A stretch of 64,000 bases of DNA from a virus (lineage: Duplodnaviria > Caudoviricetes), in IMG/VR virus record IMGVR_UViG_3300037722_000745, positions 160,001 through 224,000 of that record; one strand, 5' to 3'. The stretch's first letter is position 1. Each line of letters opens with the position of its first letter. Positions 1 through 10,900 of the stretch are shown one piece after another. Both the position numbers and the translations under genes were made by a program. The notes under the pieces were generated by a model. The model saw nothing but the letters and a program-made list of their open reading frames with translations, did no database searches and had not been told where the DNA came from.

Positions 1-1
1 G

Positions 2-3000
2 TAGAGCTGAACGGATCAAAGTATCGTTCTGCGTATTCGGATCATGCGTGCGGATCTCATCCACCTCAGACTTGCTGATCTCGTCCCTAACCTTGCGGAT
101 AGCCTTTTCCCGAATTGCGTCCGTCAGATCCGAAACTGCCTTGTCAACCGGGTCCTCCTCCACCTCTGGACTCGATTCAGTCTCTGGTTCGAAGGTGTCT
201 GTGAAATCCTCTTCCTGCCCCAGCGTCCAACGAGCTGCCCTCGACATGTGACTAGGGTCCACTACAGGTGTCGGCATCAAAAACGCCTTGTGGAGCTGCC
301 TTTCCACACCCTCAGGCACGCCATGCGTGATGATGTTCCTGAGAACGGCTCCTTTGAACGCTGGGTTGGCGACCCATGACGCCTCGATGAAACGGACCGA
401 GTTAGGATCCGTATAGTGACCGCAATTGTGCGATGCTAGTCCTTCGACCAAATAGGACTCATCCTGATCTACGGCCAGATTGTACACTTTCCCGTCATAG
501 GTCCGACGACTCAAACCTCTGATGGAGTACAACATGTAACCACGAAACGACCTCCATCTAGGGCCGGTCCCTCTTTCGTGATCAACGTCGAAGCCAAAGA
601 ACTGCGTTGTCTCGTCGGAAGGTTGGAAATGCAGTTCATGCCTAGGTTTAAGACCATCGATTCCTACACAGGCATCCCCATTCACGACTTGAGCTATCTC
701 AACAGACCGTCCTTCGTAGACCACTTGCCTACGTGTCCAAAACCCGCATCGTGCAGACACCAATTGCATTTGAGACACCAACGTCTCAGACACAGACGAC
801 CCGTAATGTCGTGCTACTCGATCAACTGATCCATCCCCATGAACGTAGGCTTTTAGAATTTGCCTTTGAAGCCTAACAGGCCAGTACAATGCTTCTTCTG
901 ATAGTCGTTTGCTATCTGAGTATTCCCCAGCGTGTCGATAGAACCAATCCGCTGCTGACGTATTGTTGTACGCAACAACGAGCTTGAGGCCACCTTCCGT
1001 TCTCTTGTATAGGTGAACCCGCGGTTCACATCGAGCCCGAGCGTTGTACTGAGTCAGTTTGGCGAGATGTTTACGGCCCGAATTGGCTTCATAGTTAGTT
1101 GTCCTCTCCGACAAAGCTTCGTCTTGAAGTGAACACCACACTCGGGCACGGCTTCTTCTACGACCTTTGACATCCAACCTTTCCCCTGGCTCTAGGGGCC
1201 TAGAAGACACAATCCCTTTACGCGCATAACGGCGAAGAATCGCACCTACATACGACGACGGGAAAATCTGTTTTAAATCACACGTCAGTTTGGGCGTTTT
1301 CAAAGCGTTGAGTAACGAATCAGTTGCATTGCCTCTCCCATGCGAACGCCGCTTTGGTGGAGAGGTCAAACGTTGCTCTGGCGTGAAGCATTTCTCCAAC
1401 AAACCAGCCAACCGGTGCACCACTTCATTCTCATCCTCCCCGTTCAGGGTGAACTGCACACCGCGGCGCTGACCCTTATGCTTGATGAAGGACCCTTCCG
1501 CTAGGAACCAGCCCAACAACTCTGCGCGATCCTCATCTACATCAGAAACTGAGACCCTTTGTTCTGTGAGTATGGGCATGCCAAGCACATCCCCAGGACG
1601 TAGATCTTCAGCTTTCTTGAACACGAACTCAGGAGGGGACAAGGACACCACCTGATTAGGGTTGTGCCCTTTCAAATAACGTCTCCAGAATCTAGCCTTA
1701 CCGAAGTCTTTTGGCCTTGGTAATTTACCTCCACACCCGCAAGCACACTCGTCCCGTACAGACAGTACCCAGAATGGATGTTCTGGCGTAACTTGCAATG
1801 TTTGGGGCACCCCCTCTGCCTTCACGGCGATCAAAGGACCCCGATACGATCGCTCAAACACCCGTGTGACCTCTCGGGGCACACCCTTATGAGTCACGAC
1901 CATGTCCCCGACTTGGAGGGTTTCTACCCCCCTACGGCTCCCATCACTCATCACAACCCGGGATCCGGAAACGAAACAAAGCTCAGCTACTTTTCGCTTG
2001 ATCCCCAGACCGTCGATGAACTCACTGCCCTTGAAGTAACGCACACAAGGGCACAAATGGGTTTCATCCTCCGCAACGTTGCCGCACTTGGTGCAGATCG
2101 TGGACGAGGTTGTGCAGCCCATCGAGAGCGTTCCAAGTTTGCCGCTCTTGATCGCCCGAATAAGCGGGGCGTGCTTGAGATCGTTCGCTATCAGAATGTC
2201 GATGTAGACCGAATCCCCCACATCGCGAGCCGCTGCATCGATGATCCTGCCCTTTGACAGCTCAGGGATCTGAACGTGCTCCACATAAGACTGAGCCCCA
2301 ATGAAAGTCTTGAAGCTCGAGAGCAGCAACTTCCGCTCAAAGGAATCGCAGTTATGAACAGAGACGCCGTTAGCCAAATAGGAGTTGTCCCCTGCAACCT
2401 CCAAGTTGTACACAGGCCCTGAGTAAGAGAATCTATCAATCTTCTCTACCATCTGAAGATGATAGCCGTTCAAAAACCGTAACTCAGGTACGCGCTGAAC
2501 TCCGCCGTTGGCCTCTAACGACGCACGGTATCCAGGTTCGTAGTAAGTACCTTCGACAAGATTCTCTAACCACCCTCCACCACAAGCTACCTGCCAACTG
2601 ACACACCTCTTTGAAGGATCGCTCTCAATACGAACTGATCCGTCCTCTGATCGCACCCTAGACCGACCATCGGTCTCACTTCTAGTTAGATGTGACGACA
2701 CCCCCAAACGGTGGAGCATCATCTGCATCTGATTAGCCATAGATCGACTAGCTGTGGACCCAGTGAGACGAAAATCAGTCTTGGATGTAGTGAAACTCCC
2801 GTCTCCCTCAAACCACCCTTGCAACAGTTCACGTTGCACCTCTACAGGCGCCCGAAGAAGATCGGAGTGGAGCCTCTTAGTCTTCGACTCACCTGGGACC
2901 CAATGAGAAAAGAACTGAACGAGATCCCTATTGACCGCCGTGTCTACATGGATCCCGTTGTCATTAGAATGAGGGTGGATCTTAGCCTCGACCCCAAACT

Positions 3001-3910
3001 CCGACTTGAGCAACGCCACTACAGATTTCGCTAGAGACGCAGTCTCATCCCTGTGGAAAGCCCACGTGGGGGCTACCTTCTCATTGCCCTGGTAAGCGTA
3101 AAGCTTGTAGTAACCCTCAGCAGCGAATAAGCCCAGCAGCCTGGCTTGACCTAAGGTCAAACCAGGGTCAACGGTGTCTCGTAGAACTGGTACCGAAGTG
3201 AAGTCGGTCCTGGACAAATTCTTGGCCTCAACAAACTCACCTGACTTCACCGCCAAGAGCTGCTTGTTCGAGACTCGCTTAGCGTAGTAGCACTCCTTTG
3301 AGCAATAATGCTTACCCAGCAAGAAGGAGATACAGTGCAGACTTCGATGTACTGGCTTAGAGCAGACAACACAGTTAGAAACGGCACGGAACACGAAGAA
3401 CGGATGTTCTCCCGTTACCTCCAGACGTTCTGTAGTCCCACGCGGTTTGATTCTGTAGATCTCTTCAGAGACTTGACGAGACATCACCCGGACTACTTCT
3501 TGCGTGTTCCCTAAGTGGGTGACAACAGAATCCCCCACCTGAACTTGTTCGATGGCCTTCATTGAGCCATCAGCCATCGTGACCAACGTGCCCGGCACGA
3601 AGCAGTTGTTGTTGATGTACTGACTCGTCTCGGGAGTCACATAAAAGTCAGAGTACTTTCGGTTGACTTCAAACCCGTCTACTAGATGACGACCCAGCGG
3701 ATCGGGCGAGTCCGAGACATCCACCGACGCAACGATCGTCGCATGGCTCAGCATGTAACGGGACGGATCGTACTCTTGAAGGATTACCCTGGCTGTGCGC
3801 CTCTGAAAATCAGGTGAGGGGATAACAGCTTTGCTACGCAAGGCGTCCCACTCAGAAAACTTGATGCCAGGCTTTTGGAGCGTGGCTTTGGCGTACTTCA
3901 TGAAGGCCAT
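2..3910 (-). CDS. Prohead (capsid maturation) protease precursor with two inteins; partial, runs off the left edge
   Basis: Hand-translated frame from ATG at 3910 stays open to the window edge (so not in the ORF track). Spliced extein reads YINNN|CDSFERKLL..TFIG..YVEH..GRIIDA..LSMGC..CTKCG..VAEL|CGH..FIEASWVANPAF, resembling phage prohead proteases; it sits in the head module downstream of portal and terminase. Confidence 0.75.
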   Translation of the reverse strand, partial: MAFMKYAKATLQKPGIKFSEWDALRSKAVIPSPDFQRRTARVILQEYDPSRYMLSHATIVASVDVSDSPDPLGRHLVDGFEVNRKYSDFYVTPETSQYINNNCFVPGTLVTMADGSMKAIEQVQVGDSVVTHLGNTQEVVRVMSRQVSEEIYRIKPRGTTERLEVTGEHPFFVFRAVSNCVVCSKPVHRSLHCISFLLGKHYCSKECYYAKRVSNKQLLAVKSGEFVEAKNLSRTDFTSVPVLRDTVDPGLTLGQARLLGLFAAEGYYKLYAYQGNEKVAPTWAFHRDETASLAKSVVALLKSEFGVEAKIHPHSNDNGIHVDTAVNRDLVQFFSHWVPGESKTKRLHSDLLRAPVEVQRELLQGWFEGDGSFTTSKTDFRLTGSTASRSMANQMQMMLHRLGVSSHLTRSETDGRSRVRSEDGSVRIESDPSKRCVSWQVACGGGWLENLVEGTYYEPGYRASLEANGGVQRVPELRFLNGYHLQMVEKIDRFSYSGPVYNLEVAGDNSYLANGVSVHNCDSFERKLLLSSFKTFIGAQSYVEHVQIPELSKGRIIDAAARDVGDSVYIDILIANDLKHAPLIRAIKSGKLGTLSMGCTTSSTICTKCGNVAEDETHLCPCVRYFKGSEFIDGLGIKRKVAELCFVSGSRVVMSDGSRRGVETLQVGDMVVTHKGVPREVTRVFERSYRGPLIAVKAEGVPQTLQVTPEHPFWVLSVRDECACGCGGKLPRPKDFGKARFWRRYLKGHNPNQVVSLSPPEFVFKKAEDLRPGDVLGMPILTEQRVSVSDVDEDRAELLGWFLAEGSFIKHKGQRRGVQFTLNGEDENEVVHRLAGLLEKCFTPEQRLTSPPKRRSHGRGNATDSLLNALKTPKLTCDLKQIFPSSYVGAILRRYARKGIVSSRPLEPGERLDVKGRRRSRARVWCSLQDEALSERTTNYEANSGRKHLAKLTQYNARARCEPRVHLYKRTEGGLKLVVAYNNTSAADWFYRHAGEYSDSKRLSEEALYWPVRLQRQILKAYVHGDGSVDRVARHYGSSVSETLVSQMQLVSARCGFWTRRQVVYEGRSVEIAQVVNGDACVGIDGLKPRHELHFQPSDETTQFFGFDVDHERGTGPRWRSFRGYMLYSIRGLSRRTYDGKVYNLAVDQDESYLVEGLASHNCGHYTDPNSVRFIEASWVANPAFKGAVLRNIITHGVPEGVERQLHKAFLMPTPVVDPSHMSRAARWTLGQEEDFTDTFEPETESSPEVEEDPVDKAVSDLTDAIREKAIRKVRDEISKSEVDEIRTHDPNTQNDTLIRSAL
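425..1978 (-). mobile_element. Intein 2 of protease (518 aa, LAGLIDADG homing endonuclease)
   Basis: Starts CFVSGSRVVMSDG, TPEHPF, LLGWFLAEG and AYVHGDG, ends VYNLAV..ASHN followed by Cys+1. Confidence 0.92.
2351..3604 (-). mobile_element. Intein 1 of protease (418 aa, LAGLIDADG homing endonuclease)
   Basis: Starts CFVPGTLVTMADG, block B TGEHPF, LAGLIDADG-type LLGLFAAEG and GWFEGDG, ends VYNLEV..SVHN followed by Cys+1. Confidence 0.92.
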
Positions 3911-4287
3911 CAGGCCCCTCCCGAGGAAGCAGCAATACCCATGTAGTCTTCTGGGTGTCGTGCTTGGTCCTCCAGGACCTCCAAAAGCTCCCCAGCTTCC
4001 ACGACAGCGTCCAACACAAACGTTGTGATGTACTTGTGGATTGCGTGCATCCGATGAGCCAAACCTCTAGCCTCTCGTAAGCGATCCGGAGGCAGTGGAA
4101 GAGGTGCCTTGTCTAAAGACGCAATAACATCCCCGAGAATATCGAAGTCCCTTAAGTAGTTAGCCCGATCCAAATCTTGGAGCACACGTTTCAGCTGCTG
4201 AGCCTGGGGGCCTGGACGTAGCAGCCCTCTAGCACGCACTTCCGCCGCATAACGCCGAACCACCCTCTCTTTGACAGACGCTACCAT
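3910..4287 (-). CDS. Hypothetical protein (head module)
   Basis: 125 aa ORF whose stop overlaps the protease ATG; same strand as neighbours. Confidence 0.7.
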   Translation of the reverse strand: MVASVKERVVRRYAAEVRARGLLRPGPQAQQLKRVLQDLDRANYLRDFDILGDVIASLDKAPLPLPPDRLREARGLAHRMHAIHKYITTFVLDAVVEAGELLEVLEDQARHPEDYMGIAASSGGA

Positions 4288-5012
4288 CCGAGGGGCTCCC
4301 CCTGCGGACCAAGAAGCGCGTCAGATTTCACAAGGAAGAGATCTCTGGGGCATGCAAACAACCGGATCCGATTACCCTCGGCCATCTTGTATGTCGTCCG
4401 ACGCATCGTTGCGCCGCACTTCGGACAGGAAGGCTTACCCAACTTCAGCTCGTTCTGACTAACCCTGTACTGCCGATTCTGGGCTACCCAATAGGCGGCA
4501 CTCTTGTGGGCAAATTGCTGAAGGCGTAGATCTGCCAACCTAGAGGCTACTTGGTAGAACAATCCAACTTCTGACCTGAGATCCTCATCCAAGACTCCCT
4601 GAGCGGCATAGCGATGCCACAACGTATCGTAAGCCGTTACCTCATTCCCACCTTGGCCCCATAGTCGAGCCAACTCGTGGTAGAACCCGACCGGCATCCT
4701 AGCCCCCTTCCAAAAGGGCCGTCCGCGCAGAGATGCCCAGCGCTCTCGATCTCTTCGACTGTCGTAACTGTCATACGACTGATCAAACGTTGGCGAGAAC
4801 CATGAAGTGATCTTGGGATCGACTCTCACCAGTTCGTCTGGAGACAAACGCTCATTGCCATAGGGAAACTGAACGTCGATTTGCCCCAAACCTCGGTGGA
4901 CACACGTGACATAACCCACATAAGGCGAAAGCGAGTCACCCGAGCTAGGGGCGAATCTCTGCACAGCATCGCCTCGCTTGAAGTCCCTGACGAGCTTCCA
5001 AAAGTCAATCAC
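4281..5012 (-). CDS. Hypothetical protein with C-terminal Zn-ribbon
   Basis: 243 aa; CPKCG...FACP motif; overlaps the next gene. Confidence 0.7.
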   Translation of the reverse strand: MIDFWKLVRDFKRGDAVQRFAPSSGDSLSPYVGYVTCVHRGLGQIDVQFPYGNERLSPDELVRVDPKITSWFSPTFDQSYDSYDSRRDRERWASLRGRPFWKGARMPVGFYHELARLWGQGGNEVTAYDTLWHRYAAQGVLDEDLRSEVGLFYQVASRLADLRLQQFAHKSAAYWVAQNRQYRVSQNELKLGKPSCPKCGATMRRTTYKMAEGNRIRLFACPRDLFLVKSDALLGPQGEPLGW

Positions 5013-5052
5013 AGGCTAGGCCCTCTGTCTCCCTAAACGAGGTAACGTCCTA

Positions 5053-7872
5053 TCAAGGAGCGAGCGGACGACCGTTCTCAGCCTTACCCTGATGAACACC
5101 AGAGGAGTCGTCGCTTCGATACGCATCCATGTAGGGCTCGTCCGCATCCGTCTGATGAGGCTGCTGGGGATTTTCAAACGTATCCATGTAGGGCTCGTCC
5201 GTCTCCCGTTGGATCACCTGCGCCTGACGGATCGTCATGGAATTCTCACCGTAGGCCGCCACCTCCAGCTCATCAGCAATTCGGTCAATCTCGTTGACTA
5301 GACCCTTTGCCTGCTCGAACCCCATACCCCACTTCCCATGTTGCTCTTGGACCGTTGAAGCAACGCGATCCAAACGAGCCAACAGGCGATCAGCCATAGT
5401 GGTCTCTAACTCGATCTTCTTGGGCATCTCATTCCTCACTGTTCTCGCGGGTGACCCCGCCGTAACCGTTGTCAGAGTCTCGTCGAGCGACTTACCTGCG
5501 AGTCGAGCGAGCAAGTCGTTGTAGACTTTAGGGTGGATCGCATTGCGGTAGTTATTTGCCTGGATCGCTAAATCAAGGGCTGCCCGCAATTGCGTGTCTC
5601 GAACGATCCCGTCGACCTGCTGAGACAAAACTGGGCTGTTTAGCCATTGTCTGGCCGCGGTGAGGATCCGATCCAAGTCGGCTTCGCCCAGATCCCTGGA
5701 CTGAGGCTGAGACCACCCCGGGTGCGTGACAACCTCGGGCTCGACTCCCCAGTAAACAGCCTGGCGGTTCCGTTCCATCGCAATAGTATCGGAATAAGTA
5801 AAAAACGACCCCACAAGAGACCGAACAGCCACCCTGGCCGCTGTTCGTCTCTGGAACCGCTCCCAAAGATCAAGCGAGGAGGCCGCTAACTCCTCTGGAT
5901 GCTGCCTCCTCAGGTCATAGTGGGGTGGTTTGACCGGCTCCTGAGGTTCTAGGATCCCCTCAGCCGCTAACCTATCCAAGGTCGACAAAGGGGGGTCGCT
6001 ATCATCCACACCATCGCGCAGCCGAGAAGAGTACTCCTGGTAATCGCGTTTGAACGCACGACGAGCGTGCTGTTTCGCTTCCTCGTACGCTCGCTGGGCT
6101 CGCTTGTACTGCTTCAACGCACGGTCGTAATACCGGTTATCCTCTTCGTCCAACAGCTCTTGTACAAGCGGCAGTTTCTCTGGGGCCAAAGTCCCCAAAT
6201 GTCTCATCACGCGGGCTCTGAACGTGGTCCCGGTGTCTTGAGAAAGACCTTCGGGGTACCGTAAAGCGCGGGCCCGAAGAAAATCCATCGCTTTAGCGAT
6301 CCGGGACGCAATCACATCCGGAGACTGCCGCTCAGAGATATGGTCCTCAGACCTGGGATCTAGGAACCGTCTACGAGCCTCATTGTAATCGTGAGCCTGA
6401 AAATACCCGACCGCCAGCCGCTGAGACGCCGGGTCCTTTACGGCCCTCAACACCTTCTTGACCGCCCCCGCGGACACAGGCTTTACAGAGCCAGGAGAGG
6501 CTTCCAGGCCCTTGTAGAACAGCGCCTCGGCCTCATGGGTAGCCCGTTTCTGGCGAGCCTCTGGAGCCTCGCCATGCCCCGTCAGCATGAAAGACGCTAG
6601 ATCGCTAGCTAACTCTCTAGGCGCTCCCGCCTTGTGTTCTAATGTGTCCCCAATCACACGATGAGCCGCAAGACTCATCGCAACCGTCTGGAGCTGGTGC
6701 CTTCTCAACGCTTCGGCTTGCTTCTCACCGTCCAATTCCCCAAATGGAACGTCCCTACCGTCCCTGGAAACCGTTTTCGGAGGTCGAACCTGATTTGGGT
6801 TAGTCGTGTAGAATCTGGAGACTGCAGACCTCAAACCCTCAACATTACTAGGTTTTATGGGGAGAGAGCGAGCTTTGTGGTAGTCGCCGATAAGCGTGGA
6901 CACCTCATCCGGGTGCAACGGGGGCCTGATTAGCAGCAGATCGACAGCTACATCCGCTGGAAACGTCCTGACGATCTGCAGCTTAGCCTCGTCCCGTTCT
7001 CCCCTCGAAACTGGCCTTCCAGGGCTCCCCTTGGGCGGTAGAGGTTCACGAGGACCTTGAGGCTGGGGTCTGCCCCCACCGCCCGATGGAGGCCCTTGTG
7101 GGGGCTCAGGAGAAGGTTTACGGGAGGGTTGACCTGAACTCGGGGCTAAACTCGGCTTGTACAACAAGGATTGCTGAAGGTCGCCTAAAGTGACAATGCC
7201 TTTTGGCGGCGTTCGGCCCCTCAAGAACTGCTCGACGGGGATCTCCGGACGAGCCTTCGCCATCTGAAACATATCAGCGTTCGGGTTCGTGAAATCCTTG
7301 AGGACAGCGGCAAACTCTTCGTCTGCTTTTGCCATCTCTTGCAACGACTGATGCAGCTTCTCGTAGTTCTTAGGCCCCGCTCTAGGCTTGGGCTCCACTT
7401 CGGGTGTGGTTGTTGTCTCCTCGTCGTGCTCTAGCTCCTCATACTTACCTGGCTCCCTACGCAACGTATCCGGAGACACCTGAACAACCTGACGGGGGTT
7501 CGATTTCAGACGGACCGTGATCAGGTCACGCTTCTCTGAGCCCCCTATGGTCTTGTAGTTCTTCGACAGGTCAGGATCGCTCTCAACCGTGTCAGGATCC
7601 TTCAAGTCTGGATCCTGATCAGTCTCAACACGCTCCCGACGGCGGTCGTGACGAGGCGGTTTGACCTTAGGGCTCGTACGAACCAGACGCTCGATCTCCT
7701 CGTCCTCACGTTCCCCCTCAGATTTGGTAGCGAATCTACGCGCCACTTCGTTCCGAGAGGGCCGCAGGGTCTCTTCACCCGTGAGCAAAGGACCACCAGC
7801 GTGAATATCCACCTTCGGCGGTTCCTCCGCCACAAGCTGGCGCAGTCTTTCGTGAGAGATCCCGATCCTCAT
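5053..7872 (-). CDS. Large hypothetical, probably virion-associated, protein
   Basis: 939 aa ORF immediately downstream of portal; Pro-rich linker, acidic tail. Confidence 0.65.
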   Translation of the reverse strand: MRIGISHERLRQLVAEEPPKVDIHAGGPLLTGEETLRPSRNEVARRFATKSEGEREDEEIERLVRTSPKVKPPRHDRRRERVETDQDPDLKDPDTVESDPDLSKNYKTIGGSEKRDLITVRLKSNPRQVVQVSPDTLRREPGKYEELEHDEETTTTPEVEPKPRAGPKNYEKLHQSLQEMAKADEEFAAVLKDFTNPNADMFQMAKARPEIPVEQFLRGRTPPKGIVTLGDLQQSLLYKPSLAPSSGQPSRKPSPEPPQGPPSGGGGRPQPQGPREPLPPKGSPGRPVSRGERDEAKLQIVRTFPADVAVDLLLIRPPLHPDEVSTLIGDYHKARSLPIKPSNVEGLRSAVSRFYTTNPNQVRPPKTVSRDGRDVPFGELDGEKQAEALRRHQLQTVAMSLAAHRVIGDTLEHKAGAPRELASDLASFMLTGHGEAPEARQKRATHEAEALFYKGLEASPGSVKPVSAGAVKKVLRAVKDPASQRLAVGYFQAHDYNEARRRFLDPRSEDHISERQSPDVIASRIAKAMDFLRARALRYPEGLSQDTGTTFRARVMRHLGTLAPEKLPLVQELLDEEDNRYYDRALKQYKRAQRAYEEAKQHARRAFKRDYQEYSSRLRDGVDDSDPPLSTLDRLAAEGILEPQEPVKPPHYDLRRQHPEELAASSLDLWERFQRRTAARVAVRSLVGSFFTYSDTIAMERNRQAVYWGVEPEVVTHPGWSQPQSRDLGEADLDRILTAARQWLNSPVLSQQVDGIVRDTQLRAALDLAIQANNYRNAIHPKVYNDLLARLAGKSLDETLTTVTAGSPARTVRNEMPKKIELETTMADRLLARLDRVASTVQEQHGKWGMGFEQAKGLVNEIDRIADELEVAAYGENSMTIRQAQVIQRETDEPYMDTFENPQQPHQTDADEPYMDAYRSDDSSGVHQGKAENGRPLAP

Positions 7873-7902
7873 ACCTTTTGTAGGACCCCATCCATCGAAA
7901 GA

Positions 7903-10900
7903 CTAGAAACGCGGATCCTGGGCCTCTTCCTCCGGCTTACGCTGCAGCTTGAGGGTCTCAATGATCTTCTCGGCAACGTTCGTCTGCTCCACGATCTCTT
8001 GAGCCACCGTGCTGTAGATAGCCCGTAACACCTCGTTGAACAGAGCATCGTTTACAGTGAACAGATCCTTCTCCAGCTTAACCCGCGTGTCATCTGCATC
8101 GATGTTGAACATCTCCAAAATGAGACTGATGTCGATCGAACCCTTGTTGTAGAGGTTGAACAAGGCATCGTACGTGTCCTGAGAGTCCCTAAGAGGAAGT
8201 CGCGTGAACGACAACCTGGGGTACAGCACAACTTCCTCACCCCACGCGTTCTTCTCGACAAAGCCTTTCCGACGGGAGACCGGTTCAAATAGGTAGCGTT
8301 CAACATACTCTTGAACCATCTCACGAAGGAAGAGGTACCGAGTGTTGATCACCTCCAACTTAAGACGATCACCTGAATAGAGAGTCTCCCCAGACAGCAA
8401 ACTCTCCGTGACCCCCAAGCCAGCGTAGAGTTGTTTATCCGTGATCTCATACTCACTCGACAGATCAAGCAAGCGATCTCTGGCTCCCATTTCCTCCCAT
8501 CGAACCTCATAGTTGGTCACGATAGAGTAGTCTGGGTCGACCAAAGCAAGGTCCACTTGCTCCCTCAAGTCCATAACGTCAACTTCGGAGATCCGATCAC
8601 CCCAGATGATCCGTTTAGGCGTCATCGCCCGGGAAGCAATCTGAGTCTGCGCTTGCCGTAGCTTCTCCCGATACATGAGAGTTCGGAGGACCCGGTCCAA
8701 GATGCTCTGACCCAATGGTTCTCCGGCCCCTCGACGTCCAGCCATGTAGTAGCAAAAAGAGCCCTCGTCCGGATCTGTCCCCAGAGGAATGAGCTTCCCC
8801 TGCTCCATGTAATCACGAACTTCCGCAGGTAATTCCCTGACCACCATCTCCGCGAATTCATCCCCCGACCTAGCCTGCTCAATCAAAGCCCGATCCTTAT
8901 CGGAGGGGATCAGCTCGATCCTCATTTTGTCGGTGAACGAGTGTGCCGTCGTCGCTTTGACTCGATCAATGGGTATGATTATCAGGCGGTCCCAGCCTTT
9001 GTACTCTTTCTGGTAGTGCCCGAGTTCCTGGTTTTCGCGGTCCTCACGCTCTACAAGGCCGATCTCCGGTTCCTCTTTGGCTTCACCGTCCTCCGTGACG
9101 ATGTATTTAACTCCAACCTGCTTCTGGTCGTAGCCAAGCTCCGCAGGGACGTCTACTTCGGAATCCTCTGCGAAGATAAAACAATTGTGTGTGCTAACAA
9201 AACCAGCCCTGAAAGTGTGGTCGCGGTCTACTTGGAAGTTGTATACGGTCTCATCGGGATAACCTTCCACACCCCTAATCAACAAGGCCACTTGGCCTGC
9301 CACGCGTTTGTAGGAAGTGTGACGCGATACCCATTTGGATTGAGCTAGAAGCCGATCCGCTTTGGTCGCGTACTTACACAACCGACGGCTTTCATCCTCG
9401 TCGTTCACAGTCAGAACGTACGACGGCCCATTCGATTGCACCCGCTGACCATCGATATACGAATCTGAGGCGGGCGGGGCTACACGTAAAGACGGAACAC
9501 TCCCAACACGTAGAAACAGATCTCTGATGTGGTAGATGAGCCCTTCGGACACCATACTCAGTTGCACCACAGAGTTAGTTGTCGTCCCAACTGACACGCA
9601 ACCGTCTGAGTCGATCAACCCCGCAACTAAATGCAACTGCTTGTCTGCTGGCAACTGCATGACCCAATTGGGGATACGTTTCGGATTGGGGCCTTTCGAC
9701 GTGCACCCGAATTGAGAAGCCCACCACTCCACAAAAGCAGGATTATGAGTCACAGCCAGAGACACACACTCTCGGTCGGTTCTCTCATAAACTCTCTCTG
9801 AGCCAAACCACTGATCTAGGATCCAACGGACACGTTCCCTGTGCGTGTTCGACTCAGACCCAAAACATACGGACCAGACACCGCGGCCCCACGAGGAGCG
9901 ACTTGTATCACGAGTCAAAGTCCCATCCCCCAGCCAATACCCCAGTAGGTAAAGGAAATCAGCGTCGACAGGAAGTTCTCGCGGAGCTTGGAAACGGTAG
10001 TCTCGGTTGATCTCGTAGTACCAACTATTTTCCTCGCCCGACCAGAGAGGCAGCCAAAGTGTGTGGTCTCCGTGTTTAGGACCGGTCGCAACCCTGCGGC
10101 GGAAGGGGTACGGAAGTTCCTGATCAAGGGTCAAGATGACATTGTGGAGCGTGTAAAGAGGGACCCCGAGTTCTTCCGCTATAGACGCTCGGGATCGCCT
10201 AACCGGTTCTTGTAGAGAGCACAACCACGACAACAAACCCAACCGAGCCCTGGCCGCGTTCTCAGATCGGGGTCTGACCTGAGTTCGAGTTACTCTGTAC
10301 CCACCGTCACAAGGTTCCACGAACGCGGGTAATGGATCCAATAGGGACACCTCGGACACGTCGGCTTCACCTACAGGCCACGTAGCTCGAACGAAATCCC
10401 CTTCTCTAAGGTCTCCAGTTTCAATGAACTCAAACCGATCACCTCGAACCACCTCGATGGGATGTTCTCTTGTCAAGTTCAAGCGACCAGGAAGTCGTGC
10501 GATGTCAAGGCTAAGGATATCCTCGCCCGCTCGTTGTTGGACGGCTTCAACCGTTCGCCAGCGCCCTGTGTGTGTTAAAACCTGATCCCCAAGCCCTATC
10601 TCATCCGCCCTCCGCTCTCCGCTGGGAGTAGAGATCAGCGTCTCACCCGTCACGCACCCGCCGTCCAACCAGTAGTGGTGGACCATGGTGACTAAGCGTT
10701 GGAACAGCTTGATCTTGTCACACATGCGAGTGAAAAACCAAAGGATGTAGTTGGCGTAGTCGTGGGTGTCCTTAAAACGTTCCGGATGCGTTTGAGGCTT
10801 TGGAGTCGCCAACCGGACCTTGGACAATGGCAGTTCTGTGTGGAGGTCGATCGACTGACCTACGATCGGATCTGTGTTGTAGAAGTGGCGATAGATCTCC

